A stretch of DNA of 64,000 nt from Alphaproteobacteria bacterium (GTDB taxonomy: Bacteria; Pseudomonadota; Alphaproteobacteria; Rs-D84): positions 832-64,831 of the forward strand of contig JAFQOQ010000006.1 in the NCBI GenBank assembly GCA_017403085.1, in the 5' to 3' direction. This document shows, piece by piece, positions 1 through 8,470 of this stretch (position 1 is its first letter; every line of letters starts with the position of its first letter). The translations under genes were made by a program, and so were the position numbers. Below the pieces are notes generated by a model. It saw only the letters and a program-made list of their open reading frames with translations. It did no database searches and was not told the DNA's origin.

Positions 1-861
1 TTCTTCACAACGATTTTTTTCTTCGTTATGTGACCAGCCTGGATTGCACTCAGTAATTTTACAAATATTTTCACCATCAACGATTTTCCATCGTGCAGAT
101 TTGGCGTGAATATCCACCGACGATGTGGGACATGTTCCTGTTTTGGGTTCGCATTTTGCGTCCATGTCGGATTCATCTTTTCGGTTTAGTTTGTATGGTT
201 CTTCACACTTTTGCGGTACGCACTTTTTTGGTCCTTTTAGGTATCTACCTTCGGTTGCATGTACTTCCTTTAATTGCCCTTTGTTGCATTTTTCTGCTTG
301 GGCAGTTACAACAACTTCATGGATATTGTTGCTGGCTTCTTTCAGGGTTATTGTACCCATATTGGCACGGGCGGGTAAAAGTTGGGTTTCGAATCCAACG
401 TATGAAACAGAGATGATATCATTTGTGTCAAAATTGCCCGTGAAGGTGGCTTTGCCATCAATATCGGTTGATACGCCGCGCAGTTCTTTGTTTGGAGATA
501 TGATGTTTGCGCCGATTACTGGTGCGTTCTGTTCGTCGACAACTTGAATTTCTATTTCAGATAATGTTTCGGCACTTGTACCGGCGCCAGAGTAAAATTT
601 TATATCATAGTTATTGTCAGAACATTCGCTGTTAAAGTAATTTTTTATATCGTCTATGGATACGCCAGGTTTATACTCAGAACAATGGAAGCTAATTTCA
701 TTGCCACCAAGATCGCCACCAATGCCGGCGTCGCGATTACAGAATTTGTCTGATACTGTTTGGACATCAAAACTTGCGGTCGTGCATGTTTTTGCATACG
801 TGCCAGGGGCGATAAACATCAACCCAGAAATAATTACAAAAATACCAAATACTTGTTTCAT
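1..861 (-). CDS. secreted Cys-rich protein, C-terminus cut by window edge (signal peptide, CarboxypepD_reg-like beta-sandwich, then Cys modules)
   Basis: Not in the supplied ORF track because it has no stop inside the window. My own minus-strand translation gives ATG at 861-859 and 287 codons with no stop down to position 1: MKQVFGIFVIISGLMFIAPGTYAKTCTT... The segment IEIQVVDEQNAPVIGANIISPNKELRGVSTDIDGKATFTGNFDTNDIISVSYVGFETQLL resembles the carboxypeptidase-regulatory-like fold. It is followed by KCVPQKCEEPYKL and CKITECNPGWSHNEEKNRCEE modules. The gene starts 10 nt after the stop of 872..2839. Confidence 0.6.
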   Translation of the reverse strand, partial: MKQVFGIFVIISGLMFIAPGTYAKTCTTASFDVQTVSDKFCNRDAGIGGDLGGNEISFHCSEYKPGVSIDDIKNYFNSECSDNNYDIKFYSGAGTSAETLSEIEIQVVDEQNAPVIGANIISPNKELRGVSTDIDGKATFTGNFDTNDIISVSYVGFETQLLPARANMGTITLKEASNNIHEVVVTAQAEKCNKGQLKEVHATEGRYLKGPKKCVPQKCEEPYKLNRKDESDMDAKCEPKTGTCPTSSVDIHAKSARWKIVDGENICKITECNPGWSHNEEKNRCEE

Positions 862-871
862 TGTGTTTGTT

Positions 872-2839
872 TTATTCTTCACATCTGCATTCGCCATCTT
901 CGCCGCCCACCCATTTGCATTTGGCGTCTTTGCGGTTGTCGCATGCTTCTGCGTTTTGGGCCCACGTGCCTTCGCATTTTCCTTTATACCAATATCCTCC
1001 TTTCAGGCGCGAACATGTTTGTATGTCTTTTGCGTCTTTTTTATCTGTTATACAGTTGCCATTAACATATGCGCCACCGGCATTTTCGCATGCAATGGTT
1101 TTGTCCATTTCATCATCGGTTGGGCGCCCCCCCTCCGATTTTCTAGTTTCTGCAATCTGAGCGTTGAGCGTCTCGTTTTGTTTTTCGCGGTCTTTTGCCA
1201 TGAATTCAGCGGCTGCATTATCCATGTTTTCCTTTCTGCGGGCCTCTACATTTTCAGGTTTGTTGGCTTCTTCGCGGGCTTCTTTTATGTCGCGCTTGCT
1301 GATATCAGCTTCGCAGATGCCGTCTTTTACCTTGTATCCTGGTTTGCACTTGGTGGCGACGCATACGCCGTTTTTCTTTTTACCGTCGGTTGCGTTTTCT
1401 GGCAATTCGCCGTCCGCACATTGCTTGTCAGCCTTTTCTTGGGCTTTTTCTTTGGCCTTTGCGTCCTTCTTGGCTTGGCGTTCTTCTTTCTTGGCTGCCT
1501 TTTCTTCAGCCTTGGCTTCTTTCTTGGCTGCCTTTTCTTCGGCCTTGGCTTCTTTCTTGGCCGCTTTTTCTTCGGCCTTGGCGGCTTTTTCAGCCTTTTG
1601 ACGGTCCAACGAACGGTTAATCGCACCGGATGTCACCGCGCCAACCGCCATACCAACACCAGATCCCAACATCGCAGATGACGCCGCCGTCTGAGAACGG
1701 GTTAAACGATATGCGTTTTCTTTGAATGTCGTTATGTCAATGCCAAACCAATTCTGGTCACAGTCAAATACAGAACCGGCATAGGCCTTTTTAGATGCAT
1801 AGGCGGTGTTGTCTTCGCCCGCAAAGAAATTAACCGTAAATACGCAATCCATACTGCGTTCGTCCAGCATCGCCCCCAGGCGCTGGCATGTGGATGCCAT
1901 TGCGTCACGCATTTTGTATAATTTTTCTTCGTCGCGTTGTACCGATTTTTCGGCGTCTTGACGTACCGCACCAAATGCCGACATCATGCGCGATGCCAGG
2001 CCGTTGTCTTGCTGGGTACAATTTTTGGCGATTTTTTCACATGCGGCAATCGCCTGGTCCCCGCCGGATTTGCCCAGACATTTGGCAAATGTGGTGCCGC
2101 ATTCGGTGAATATGCAATCGTTATACTGGTTCCCGCAATCGATAATCGCGTTATAGTTTGACATCTTGGCATTCATGTCGCGGTCGGCCTTAATCTCGGC
2201 AGAAAATAGGTTGTATTCTTCGCCTGTGCATTCCGCATTGCGACGGCATGAATCCATCTTGTCGCCCCAGATTGTGTCGCCGTCACCCTTGCACTTGGAA
2301 TAATCGTTGCCACATTTTTCCTTCATACATGCGCGCAGGGCCTGGTCACAGGCGTTTTGGCCACTGGATAATGCAGATTGGGATTTGGCCGCCGCCGTGG
2401 TTGCCGCGTCTTGGGCGTCCAAGGCTGCACGCTGGGCACGGATTTTTGCCGCCAAGTCGTTTGCCGCCGCGTCACCGCCAGATGCGTTTGTTTCGTCCAA
2501 TACATCGTCAAACAGGGATGACTTGTTTTCGATAATTGTGTCAGGATCAAATGCGGGTTCTTCGTCCGACACCGGGGCAGGGGCCGGTTTCGTTTCGGTG
2601 ACCGTTACGGATTCTGGTTCTGATTTAGATGCCGTGTTCGCAGTTTCTTGGGCCACGGGCGCGGATTTCGCCACGGGCGCACGACCGCCCGCAGACGCGC
2701 CACCACGGGATACAGATGCGCGCGCACGTGCCGCCGCATCCGCAGATGTTGCAAAACCAATGCAGATTATAGAGCATAACGCACACTGCATAATTATATG
2801 CAGAATATTGCGATGAAGATTTTTTCTGTTTATGCCCAT
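872..2839 (-). CDS. large secreted Cys-rich protein (family member E)
   Basis: 655-aa ORF with a hydrophobic N-terminus (..CSIICIGFATSADA) and an A/R/S-rich leader. Cys blocks CDQALRACMKEKC and DCGNQYNDCIFTECGTTFAKCLG match the paralogs. It also has a Gly-zipper (MLGSGVGMAVGAVTSGA), K/A/E repeats, and C-terminal modules such as VCVATKCKPGYKVKDGICEAD. The true start may be an internal Met. Confidence 0.85.
   Translation of the reverse strand: MGINRKNLHRNILHIIMQCALCSIICIGFATSADAAARARASVSRGGASAGGRAPVAKSAPVAQETANTASKSEPESVTVTETKPAPAPVSDEEPAFDPDTIIENKSSLFDDVLDETNASGGDAAANDLAAKIRAQRAALDAQDAATTAAAKSQSALSSGQNACDQALRACMKEKCGNDYSKCKGDGDTIWGDKMDSCRRNAECTGEEYNLFSAEIKADRDMNAKMSNYNAIIDCGNQYNDCIFTECGTTFAKCLGKSGGDQAIAACEKIAKNCTQQDNGLASRMMSAFGAVRQDAEKSVQRDEEKLYKMRDAMASTCQRLGAMLDERSMDCVFTVNFFAGEDNTAYASKKAYAGSVFDCDQNWFGIDITTFKENAYRLTRSQTAASSAMLGSGVGMAVGAVTSGAINRSLDRQKAEKAAKAEEKAAKKEAKAEEKAAKKEAKAEEKAAKKEERQAKKDAKAKEKAQEKADKQCADGELPENATDGKKKNGVCVATKCKPGYKVKDGICEADISKRDIKEAREEANKPENVEARRKENMDNAAAEFMAKDREKQNETLNAQIAETRKSEGGRPTDDEMDKTIACENAGGAYVNGNCITDKKDAKDIQTCSRLKGGYWYKGKCEGTWAQNAEACDNRKDAKCKWVGGEDGECRCEE
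1490..1588 (-). repeat. in-frame 33-nt tandem repeat, 3 copies, encoding K/A/E-rich 11-aa units
   Basis: The + strand text cttggctgccttttcttc[a/g]gccttggcttcttt occurs at 1490-1522 and 1523-1555, with a diverged third copy at 1556-1588. The protein reads EEKAAKKEAKAEEKAAKKEAKAEEKAAKKE. Confidence 0.8.
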
Positions 2840-2858
2840 GTTTTAATCCATTAACCCT

Positions 2859-3725
2859 TTATTTTAATGTCGAACATGCAATTTCATAGAATTTGCATAA
2901 CTGTATCGCCGCAGTTTTTTCAGATTGATATCCGGTGCCACATTTGTTCGGCATGTTGGTCGCGCATACCTGTTCAACACAGGCGTCGCGGCTGTTGTTA
3001 TCTTTGCACGATGCACGGGCGTCGGATAATTTTTTGTCGCGCGCAGCCTTGTACGCATCAACGATTTTTGCCAATGCCGCGCCGGCATTCTTGACCATGT
3101 CGTTGCGTGTGGCCAATAATTCAGAACGTATGCCAGATATGTGTTCGTCGCAACCGGTGGCTTCGACACTGCAGGCGGAAAAGTATTTGTCAAAGTCGGC
3201 GTCCGCCTTGCACGCGCGATAATCCGCCGTACATTTCTTGTCCGCAATCAGGCATGCCTGAATTTCAGCCTGGCATGTGGATTGGTTTTTCGTCTTTTTA
3301 GCAGCCGTCGCCAATGATTTCATTTGGGCGGAAATCCCCGCCGCCTTGCACGACTGTTCAATCAGACTGTCGTATGTTTCGGATACGTCGTCGGGGGTAC
3401 AGCCGGAAACCTTTGTTAAACATTGTGTCGTGGCCCATGCATAACGTTCGCCAGGGTCAGTTGGGGCCTTTTTTAAGTCTTTTTCCGATATGTTATATTT
3501 TGCAGATGCGCCGACAGATACACTGCGCATGCCCTTTTCAGATGGGGGAGTGCCCGCACCAGATGAACCGCAATATTGGCATCGGGCGGCCGGATTGGAT
3601 GATATGTTTATCGCACACGCAGAATCAAGGCATCGCGTCAGGTTGGCCTTGGAACAACTGGACGCCGCATAGGCGGTGCCATGTGTCATAAATATTAATG
3701 CAAAAAGTATAGTATAGCGCTTCAT
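2859..3725 (-). CDS. secreted Cys-rich protein (short family member F)
   Basis: ATG at 3725 gives MKRYTILFALIFMTHGTAYA, a signal peptide; the longer track ORF start at 3818 lacks one. Cys blocks include CSKANLTRCLDSACAINISSNPAARCQYC and CQAEIQACLIADKKCTADYRACKAD. The stop lies 19 nt upstream of the start of 872..2839. Confidence 0.8.
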   Translation of the reverse strand: MKRYTILFALIFMTHGTAYAASSCSKANLTRCLDSACAINISSNPAARCQYCGSSGAGTPPSEKGMRSVSVGASAKYNISEKDLKKAPTDPGERYAWATTQCLTKVSGCTPDDVSETYDSLIEQSCKAAGISAQMKSLATAAKKTKNQSTCQAEIQACLIADKKCTADYRACKADADFDKYFSACSVEATGCDEHISGIRSELLATRNDMVKNAGAALAKIVDAYKAARDKKLSDARASCKDNNSRDACVEQVCATNMPNKCGTGYQSEKTAAIQLCKFYEIACSTLK

Positions 3726-3811
3726 ATTCTCTCTTAGGTGATATTCTATCAGATTTATGAATCGGGGGCAAAGGAAAAATAAGAAAAAAATGTAAAAATA
3801 TTTTTTTTGTA

Positions 3812-3840
3812 TTGACAAAAGTGTCTTCTTTGTCTATGGT
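3812..3840 (+). promoter_or_regulatory. sigma70-like promoter for 3872..4621
   Basis: TTGACA (3812-3817), 17-nt spacer, TATGGT (3835-3840), about 30 nt upstream of the ATG. Confidence 0.45.
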
Positions 3841-3871
3841 TTTTGTGTGATTAACAGTAAAAGGATTGTAA

Positions 3872-4621
3872 ATGACAAGATTTGATAAAAAATGGTGGTT
3901 TGTGCATGGGTTGTCCGCCGCAGGGGCATTGTGCCTGACTTTGTTCGCAATGACACAGTGTGATGCCAAACAAGACGCAAAACAATTTGCGTCAAATGCA
4001 AAATCTGAATTGGACAGCGCGGCAGTAACACTGAATGCGGCACGCCAATCAATTGATAGTTTGATGCAGGCAAATCGTGGTCTGCGTGATGATAATGTGG
4101 CCAAGGCAGATACTATTCGTGTGCTGCGTGATTCTGTGGTGGTGTTAAATGATTCTTTGACGGTGGTAAATGGTAAGTTAGAAGACTGTCGTAAAAGAAA
4201 ACCAACAAAACCAACAGCACCGGTGACGCCAAGAAAACCAAGAAAGCCAAGAAAGCCAACAAACCCAACAGCACCAGTGCAACAGCCGGTAACACCAACA
4301 AAACCAACTGCACCGGTAACACCAACAAAACCTGTTGTGGATACAGTTGTGGTGGTTCTGGATGCGCCAACGCGCCCAACAACATCGGTAGAGGTTGATA
4401 ATGCACAAAATAACGGTAATATCGTTGTTGGTGGCAAACGTGGTGGTAATGTCGAAATTTCTGTCACAGGTGGGGCGGTAAATAACGGCAATATCGTTGT
4501 CGGTGATAATAATAATGTTGTTATCAATAACGTTGTCGATACGTTGGCACAATATCAGGCCGCACAGGTGCGTACCGCGTCTGGGTATGTCAAGGTAAAG
4601 CGCGTATATCGCGTCAGATAA
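3872..4621 (+). CDS. membrane-anchored or secreted coiled-coil protein with Pro/Thr/Lys-rich linker
   Basis: 249 aa with a hydrophobic N-terminus (HGLSAAGALCLTLFAMTQC) and a heptad-like region. The PT-rich repeats read KPTKPTAPVTPRKPRKPRKPTNPTAPVQQPVTPTKPTAPVTPTKP. NNGNIVVG occurs twice. The gene is followed by a terminator. The antisense ORF 3625..4527 is low-complexity and was rejected. Confidence 0.75.
   Translation: MTRFDKKWWFVHGLSAAGALCLTLFAMTQCDAKQDAKQFASNAKSELDSAAVTLNAARQSIDSLMQANRGLRDDNVAKADTIRVLRDSVVVLNDSLTVVNGKLEDCRKRKPTKPTAPVTPRKPRKPRKPTNPTAPVQQPVTPTKPTAPVTPTKPVVDTVVVVLDAPTRPTTSVEVDNAQNNGNIVVGGKRGGNVEISVTGGAVNNGNIVVGDNNNVVINNVVDTLAQYQAAQVRTASGYVKVKRVYRVR
4197..4333 (+). repeat. 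coding low-complexity repeat (aaaccaaca / ccaagaaagccaaga units) giving the KPT/APVTP linker
   Basis: accaacaaaaccaac, gcaccggt[g/a]ac and ccaagaaa[a/g]ccaagaaagcc recur within 4197-4333. Confidence 0.7.
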
Positions 4622-4642
4622 AAATTGTCTGATTGATGTTTT

Positions 4643-4673
4643 AACAGTCTGCGATTTGCAGACTGTTTTTTTA
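4643..4673 (+). terminator. intrinsic terminator
   Basis: cagtctgc-gattt-gcagactg hairpin followed by a T7 run. Confidence 0.75.
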
Positions 4674-4740
4674 TGTGTTTTTTGTCTGGACAGATAAAAC
4701 ATTTCTATGCTAACATCTGTTGTGTATAGAGAGAATATAT

Positions 4741-7700
4741 ATGAAACGTATCAAGATTTTTCTGTTTTCTTTGTTCTTTGTGCCAATGGCAGCAGGGGCG
4801 GCAAGTACTGATTTTATGTTGGCGGCACAGTTGCTGGCGGCGGCAAAAAATGCAGATATTCAACAGGTCCAGGCACTGGTTAATAGTGGCGCAAATGTAA
4901 ATTTTGTGGATTCAACAGGATTGTCTATTGTATGTACGGCGTTGATGAATAACGATGTGCGTGCGGCGCAGATTCTGCAAATGTATGGCGCAGACGCATC
5001 CAGATGCGATAATCAAATAAAGCAATATAATAATAGGAATAAATCCAAGGGCGGTGGGGGATTGTTTAGCGGACTGTCGTCTGCCCAAAGCATTAGTTTA
5101 GCGGCGGCAGGGGCCGCCGTTGTTGTAGGCGGGCTGTTGTTGCTGACGGATGTGTTTGATCCGGGTAATGATAATAATTCTGGGCCGTCGTCGGGTGGAA
5201 CACGCCCAGGTGGTGGCGGTGGTGGATCGTCTGGGGGTGGTGGTGCAGATGTTATGTTTGCGTTGCCATATGGGCCAGCGATGCCAAGTGCCGCAACCGA
5301 ATCGAAAAATTATACCACCAACCTTAATTTCTATAGTCCAAACGATACGTCTATATATGCAAAGAATTTTAATTTATTAACAAATGTATATGGACAGAAT
5401 TATCTGTTAATGATGCGTGGGTATTCGCCGCTGGCACGTGGATACTTGGGGATGCAGACGTTGCGTAATTTGACGTCGCGCGAACCACTGATTCTGGATG
5501 GAACAAATCTGGGGGATACGCCTGTGTTGGGTGGGCGGCCGGTTGATGTTGCGCTGGTGACGGAAAATGGTATTAATTCTGCTGGGTACAAGGTGGGGGT
5601 TGATGCAACGTCGTCGTTGGATGATGTGTTGCTGCCTTGGACAACAACAAATGATGCAGGAACTAAAGTTAATGGGGCCAGCAATTCAATGGTGTCTAGC
5701 AAATACTATAATAATGCGATTACGTTGGGGGGCGATAATCAATCGTTGAATGATGATGTGACGGCCGAAGATTCTGTGTTGCTGGAAGATTTTGATTTGG
5801 CGGGATATGGAACGGTTGTGAATAATTCGTATGCCACTGATTCTGATGACTTGATAGCCAAGGTGGTGGCAGGACGCCAATCAGGGTATGGTACAGATAA
5901 TCCAGACTATATGGGTTTTATGCCAAATGGTCAATTGATGGTATTTCGTACCGGAAATGGTACAGGATTTGTTGAGGCAACAGATGAGATTACAGGCACA
6001 TATCAAGATACAAATGGCGTGGTTAGCAAGATTGACTTGTATGGCCAAATGATGAATGTGACGATGGGCGATGGTAATTCTTTTACGGCGTCTTATACGG
6101 AAACGACAACGGATGATGAAGGGCAATCGGTTGAAACAGAAGTTTCTTATTCAGGATATTTTGGTACAGATGGGTTGATGTATATTGATTCTGATAATAA
6201 TGGGTCGGTGGATCAGGCCTATGAAATGAATTTAAATCGTTTGACGTTGGCAAAACAGCAGGGGACCATAGATTACTTGAATTACAAGGCATTGGCCAAG
6301 GCGGTGCAATACTGGGGGGTGGGAAATGTCGCGGTGGGACGCGCCCAGCCGACAATTATTGCAAATGCATCCGTGATAGAACCGCTGTATGGAACAGATG
6401 TTGCAACCATAGATGATGTGTTGGCCAATCCGTCAGACGCACTGCGCGAGTCGGCGTACTATAATTTTATCAATGATTATTATGATGTAAATACCGATGA
6501 TACATATGTGCCAAGTGCAGATGCGGGAACTGTATTTTCTAGATTGGGGACAAGTTGGTCACCGCTTGTAATCTTTTCAACAGGGGCGTTTGAAACAGAT
6601 AGTCAGTGGTCTGGTAAGACGCTGGGGGCAACATTTGAAAATGCGGTGCCATTGTTATATGAAAATGCAGAACATTTATTTATGTCTGTTGTGCCGGTTG
6701 GTTTGACGGATGATGGGACGGCGGGAACGAAAACTGTGTCGTCTTATTCGCCAAGTGGAAAAATTGCAGTGGCGCAATGGATTGATAAAAACGGAACCAG
6801 TGATATAACGACCGATGATAAGTATTACAAGGGACGCGTGTGTGGTATTGCAGGGACTGGTGCCGGTGGGGTTGATCCGTGGTGTTTTGCCGCCGCAGGT
6901 AATACAGATGAATTGGCGGTTGCGTCTGCAGCAGGGGCCGCGGGTGCATTGCGGTCTGCGTTTGGTTATTTGACCAATAAAGACATATTTACGTTATTGG
7001 CTTTGACGGCAGATGGTCCATTTTTAGGTACGACGTCGGATGGCAGTGCATTTAATGAAAATACATTAACGGCATATTTGAAAAACAAGTACGAATTGCC
7101 GGACGAATATCAGTTCCGTGTTGATAATGGGGCAGATTATTTGGACATTTTTGCCGAGGTTTTTGGATATGGATTAATTAATTTAGAGCGGGCAACAACG
7201 CCAGGAACTGCGATTTATTATTATGATGCCGATCAGAATAATATTGTGTCTGCAGATGGTAATGCGTACTGGCGTGCGGCGTCAAATACGATGTTGCGTT
7301 CTTCGTCTGTTTTAAATGCGCGTGGTGCAACAATTGGGGCGGCGTTCTATGATGTGTTGGAAAGTGTTGATGGCGAAATGTCAATGCCACGTGTTTGGGA
7401 ATATGAATTTGCACTGGGGAATAATGACAAGCGCGCGTTATATATGGGGGATGTGCTGGGTGATTTAAAGACACGTCGTGACGCAACACAACGTGTGCAA
7501 ATCGGGAACTTTGGTTTTTCAATGGCTATGTCTGAACGAGCATACGTGGATAATATGAACGGATTAGATAATTTGATGTTGGATTATTCACATGATAATT
7601 GGAATTTTGCGGCATCTTATCAGCATTATTTTACAGATGGCCAGTCACGTTTTGCAGGTCTGTCGAATCCTGTGTTGGGGTTGGCGTCGGATGTGGTGAC

Positions 7701-8442
7701 GTCGGATGTTGCGTATGATATGGGAAATTGGACATTTGGTGTGCGTGCGTTTTCGGGCGCAGTTACCGAGGAAGGTTTGCTGGAACAGGATCCGACAATT
7801 GCGGCGCAATATATGCCTGCCAGATTGGGGATGATGCAGGGTGGTGAAACAAATATTGCGTGGGCTGATGATAAGTTGTCCATTGTGGCGTCTGTTGGTT
7901 TGGCAAATGAATCAGATACGCTGTTGGGGGCATCAAGTGGCGGCTTGTTGAACTTAGGCGATGGCAATACAATGTATATCAATGCCCAGGCAGAATATAA
8001 TCTGGCACGTGATGTTTCGGTTATGGCGCGTGCGACATTTGCAAAAACAACATCTGATGCAGATGGACAATATATATTGGGGTTGTCTGATATTTATTCT
8101 GATTCTTTTGCGGTGGGTGGAAATATCGGTAATTTTGATTTTAGTATATCGTTGCCGTTGGCAATCAGAAGTGGTGACTTAAAGTATTCGCATGCAGAAT
8201 ATGATGTTGTGAATACCCAGGATGGTCATTATGATTTGAATATTGTTGATGCGTATATGGCGGACGTATCGTTGCGTGCTGATAAGCGTGAAACACGTTT
8301 CATGGCGTCGTATAAGCATAACTTTGGCGAATTTACAGATGGGGCAGTTGGGTTTATATACCGTGCCAATCCAAACCATACAGATGAATTCGGAAATGAA
8401 TCAATATTTATGTTAAAGATGACACATCGGGTTGGGATTTAA
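4741..8442 (+). CDS. autotransporter-like outer-membrane protein with N-terminal ankyrin repeat and degenerate subtilase-like passenger
   Basis: ATG at 4741 gives the signal MKRIKIFLFSLFFVPMAAGAAS. An ankyrin-like segment follows (LLAAAKNADIQQVQALVNSGANVNFVDSTGLSIVCTALMNNDVRAAQILQMYGADAS). Next come a hydrophobic AAAGAAVVVGGLLLL stretch and a Gly run. S8-like remnants are present (VDVALVTENGIN, AKVVAG, FGYGLINLERATTPG). The last ~330 aa show an alternating beta-strand pattern. Confidence 0.55.
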   Translation: MKRIKIFLFSLFFVPMAAGAASTDFMLAAQLLAAAKNADIQQVQALVNSGANVNFVDSTGLSIVCTALMNNDVRAAQILQMYGADASRCDNQIKQYNNRNKSKGGGGLFSGLSSAQSISLAAAGAAVVVGGLLLLTDVFDPGNDNNSGPSSGGTRPGGGGGGSSGGGGADVMFALPYGPAMPSAATESKNYTTNLNFYSPNDTSIYAKNFNLLTNVYGQNYLLMMRGYSPLARGYLGMQTLRNLTSREPLILDGTNLGDTPVLGGRPVDVALVTENGINSAGYKVGVDATSSLDDVLLPWTTTNDAGTKVNGASNSMVSSKYYNNAITLGGDNQSLNDDVTAEDSVLLEDFDLAGYGTVVNNSYATDSDDLIAKVVAGRQSGYGTDNPDYMGFMPNGQLMVFRTGNGTGFVEATDEITGTYQDTNGVVSKIDLYGQMMNVTMGDGNSFTASYTETTTDDEGQSVETEVSYSGYFGTDGLMYIDSDNNGSVDQAYEMNLNRLTLAKQQGTIDYLNYKALAKAVQYWGVGNVAVGRAQPTIIANASVIEPLYGTDVATIDDVLANPSDALRESAYYNFINDYYDVNTDDTYVPSADAGTVFSRLGTSWSPLVIFSTGAFETDSQWSGKTLGATFENAVPLLYENAEHLFMSVVPVGLTDDGTAGTKTVSSYSPSGKIAVAQWIDKNGTSDITTDDKYYKGRVCGIAGTGAGGVDPWCFAAAGNTDELAVASAAGAAGALRSAFGYLTNKDIFTLLALTADGPFLGTTSDGSAFNENTLTAYLKNKYELPDEYQFRVDNGADYLDIFAEVFGYGLINLERATTPGTAIYYYDADQNNIVSADGNAYWRAASNTMLRSSSVLNARGATIGAAFYDVLESVDGEMSMPRVWEYEFALGNNDKRALYMGDVLGDLKTRRDATQRVQIGNFGFSMAMSERAYVDNMNGLDNLMLDYSHDNWNFAASYQHYFTDGQSRFAGLSNPVLGLASDVVTSDVAYDMGNWTFGVRAFSGAVTEEGLLEQDPTIAAQYMPARLGMMQGGETNIAWADDKLSIVASVGLANESDTLLGASSGGLLNLGDGNTMYINAQAEYNLARDVSVMARATFAKTTSDADGQYILGLSDIYSDSFAVGGNIGNFDFSISLPLAIRSGDLKYSHAEYDVVNTQDGHYDLNIVDAYMADVSLRADKRETRFMASYKHNFGEFTDGAVGFIYRANPNHTDEFGNESIFMLKMTHRVGI

Positions 8443-8470
8443 AAAAAACGCGCCATTGGCGCGTTTTTTA
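8441..8470. terminator. bidirectional intrinsic terminator
   Basis: A8 run, acgcgcc-att-ggcgcgt hairpin, T6 run, between convergent genes. Confidence 0.75.

Noticed and set aside
656-1681. 341-aa + strand ORF
   Set aside because: It runs antisense across two well-supported minus-strand genes. Its translation is F/L/C/A-rich low-complexity text with repeats that mirror the K/A/E repeat on the other strand, and it has no SD.
3625-4527. 300-aa minus-strand ORF
   Set aside because: It is antisense to 3872..4621, which has an SD-like sequence, a promoter and a terminator. The translation is a mirror of the PT-rich repeat (GFVGVTGAVGFVG...).
4741-8442. Calling the passenger an active S8 serine protease
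   Set aside because: I could not identify an intact Asp/His/Ser triad; the expected D-[ST]-G and H-G-T positions appear substituted. Only a subtilase-like scaffold is claimed.
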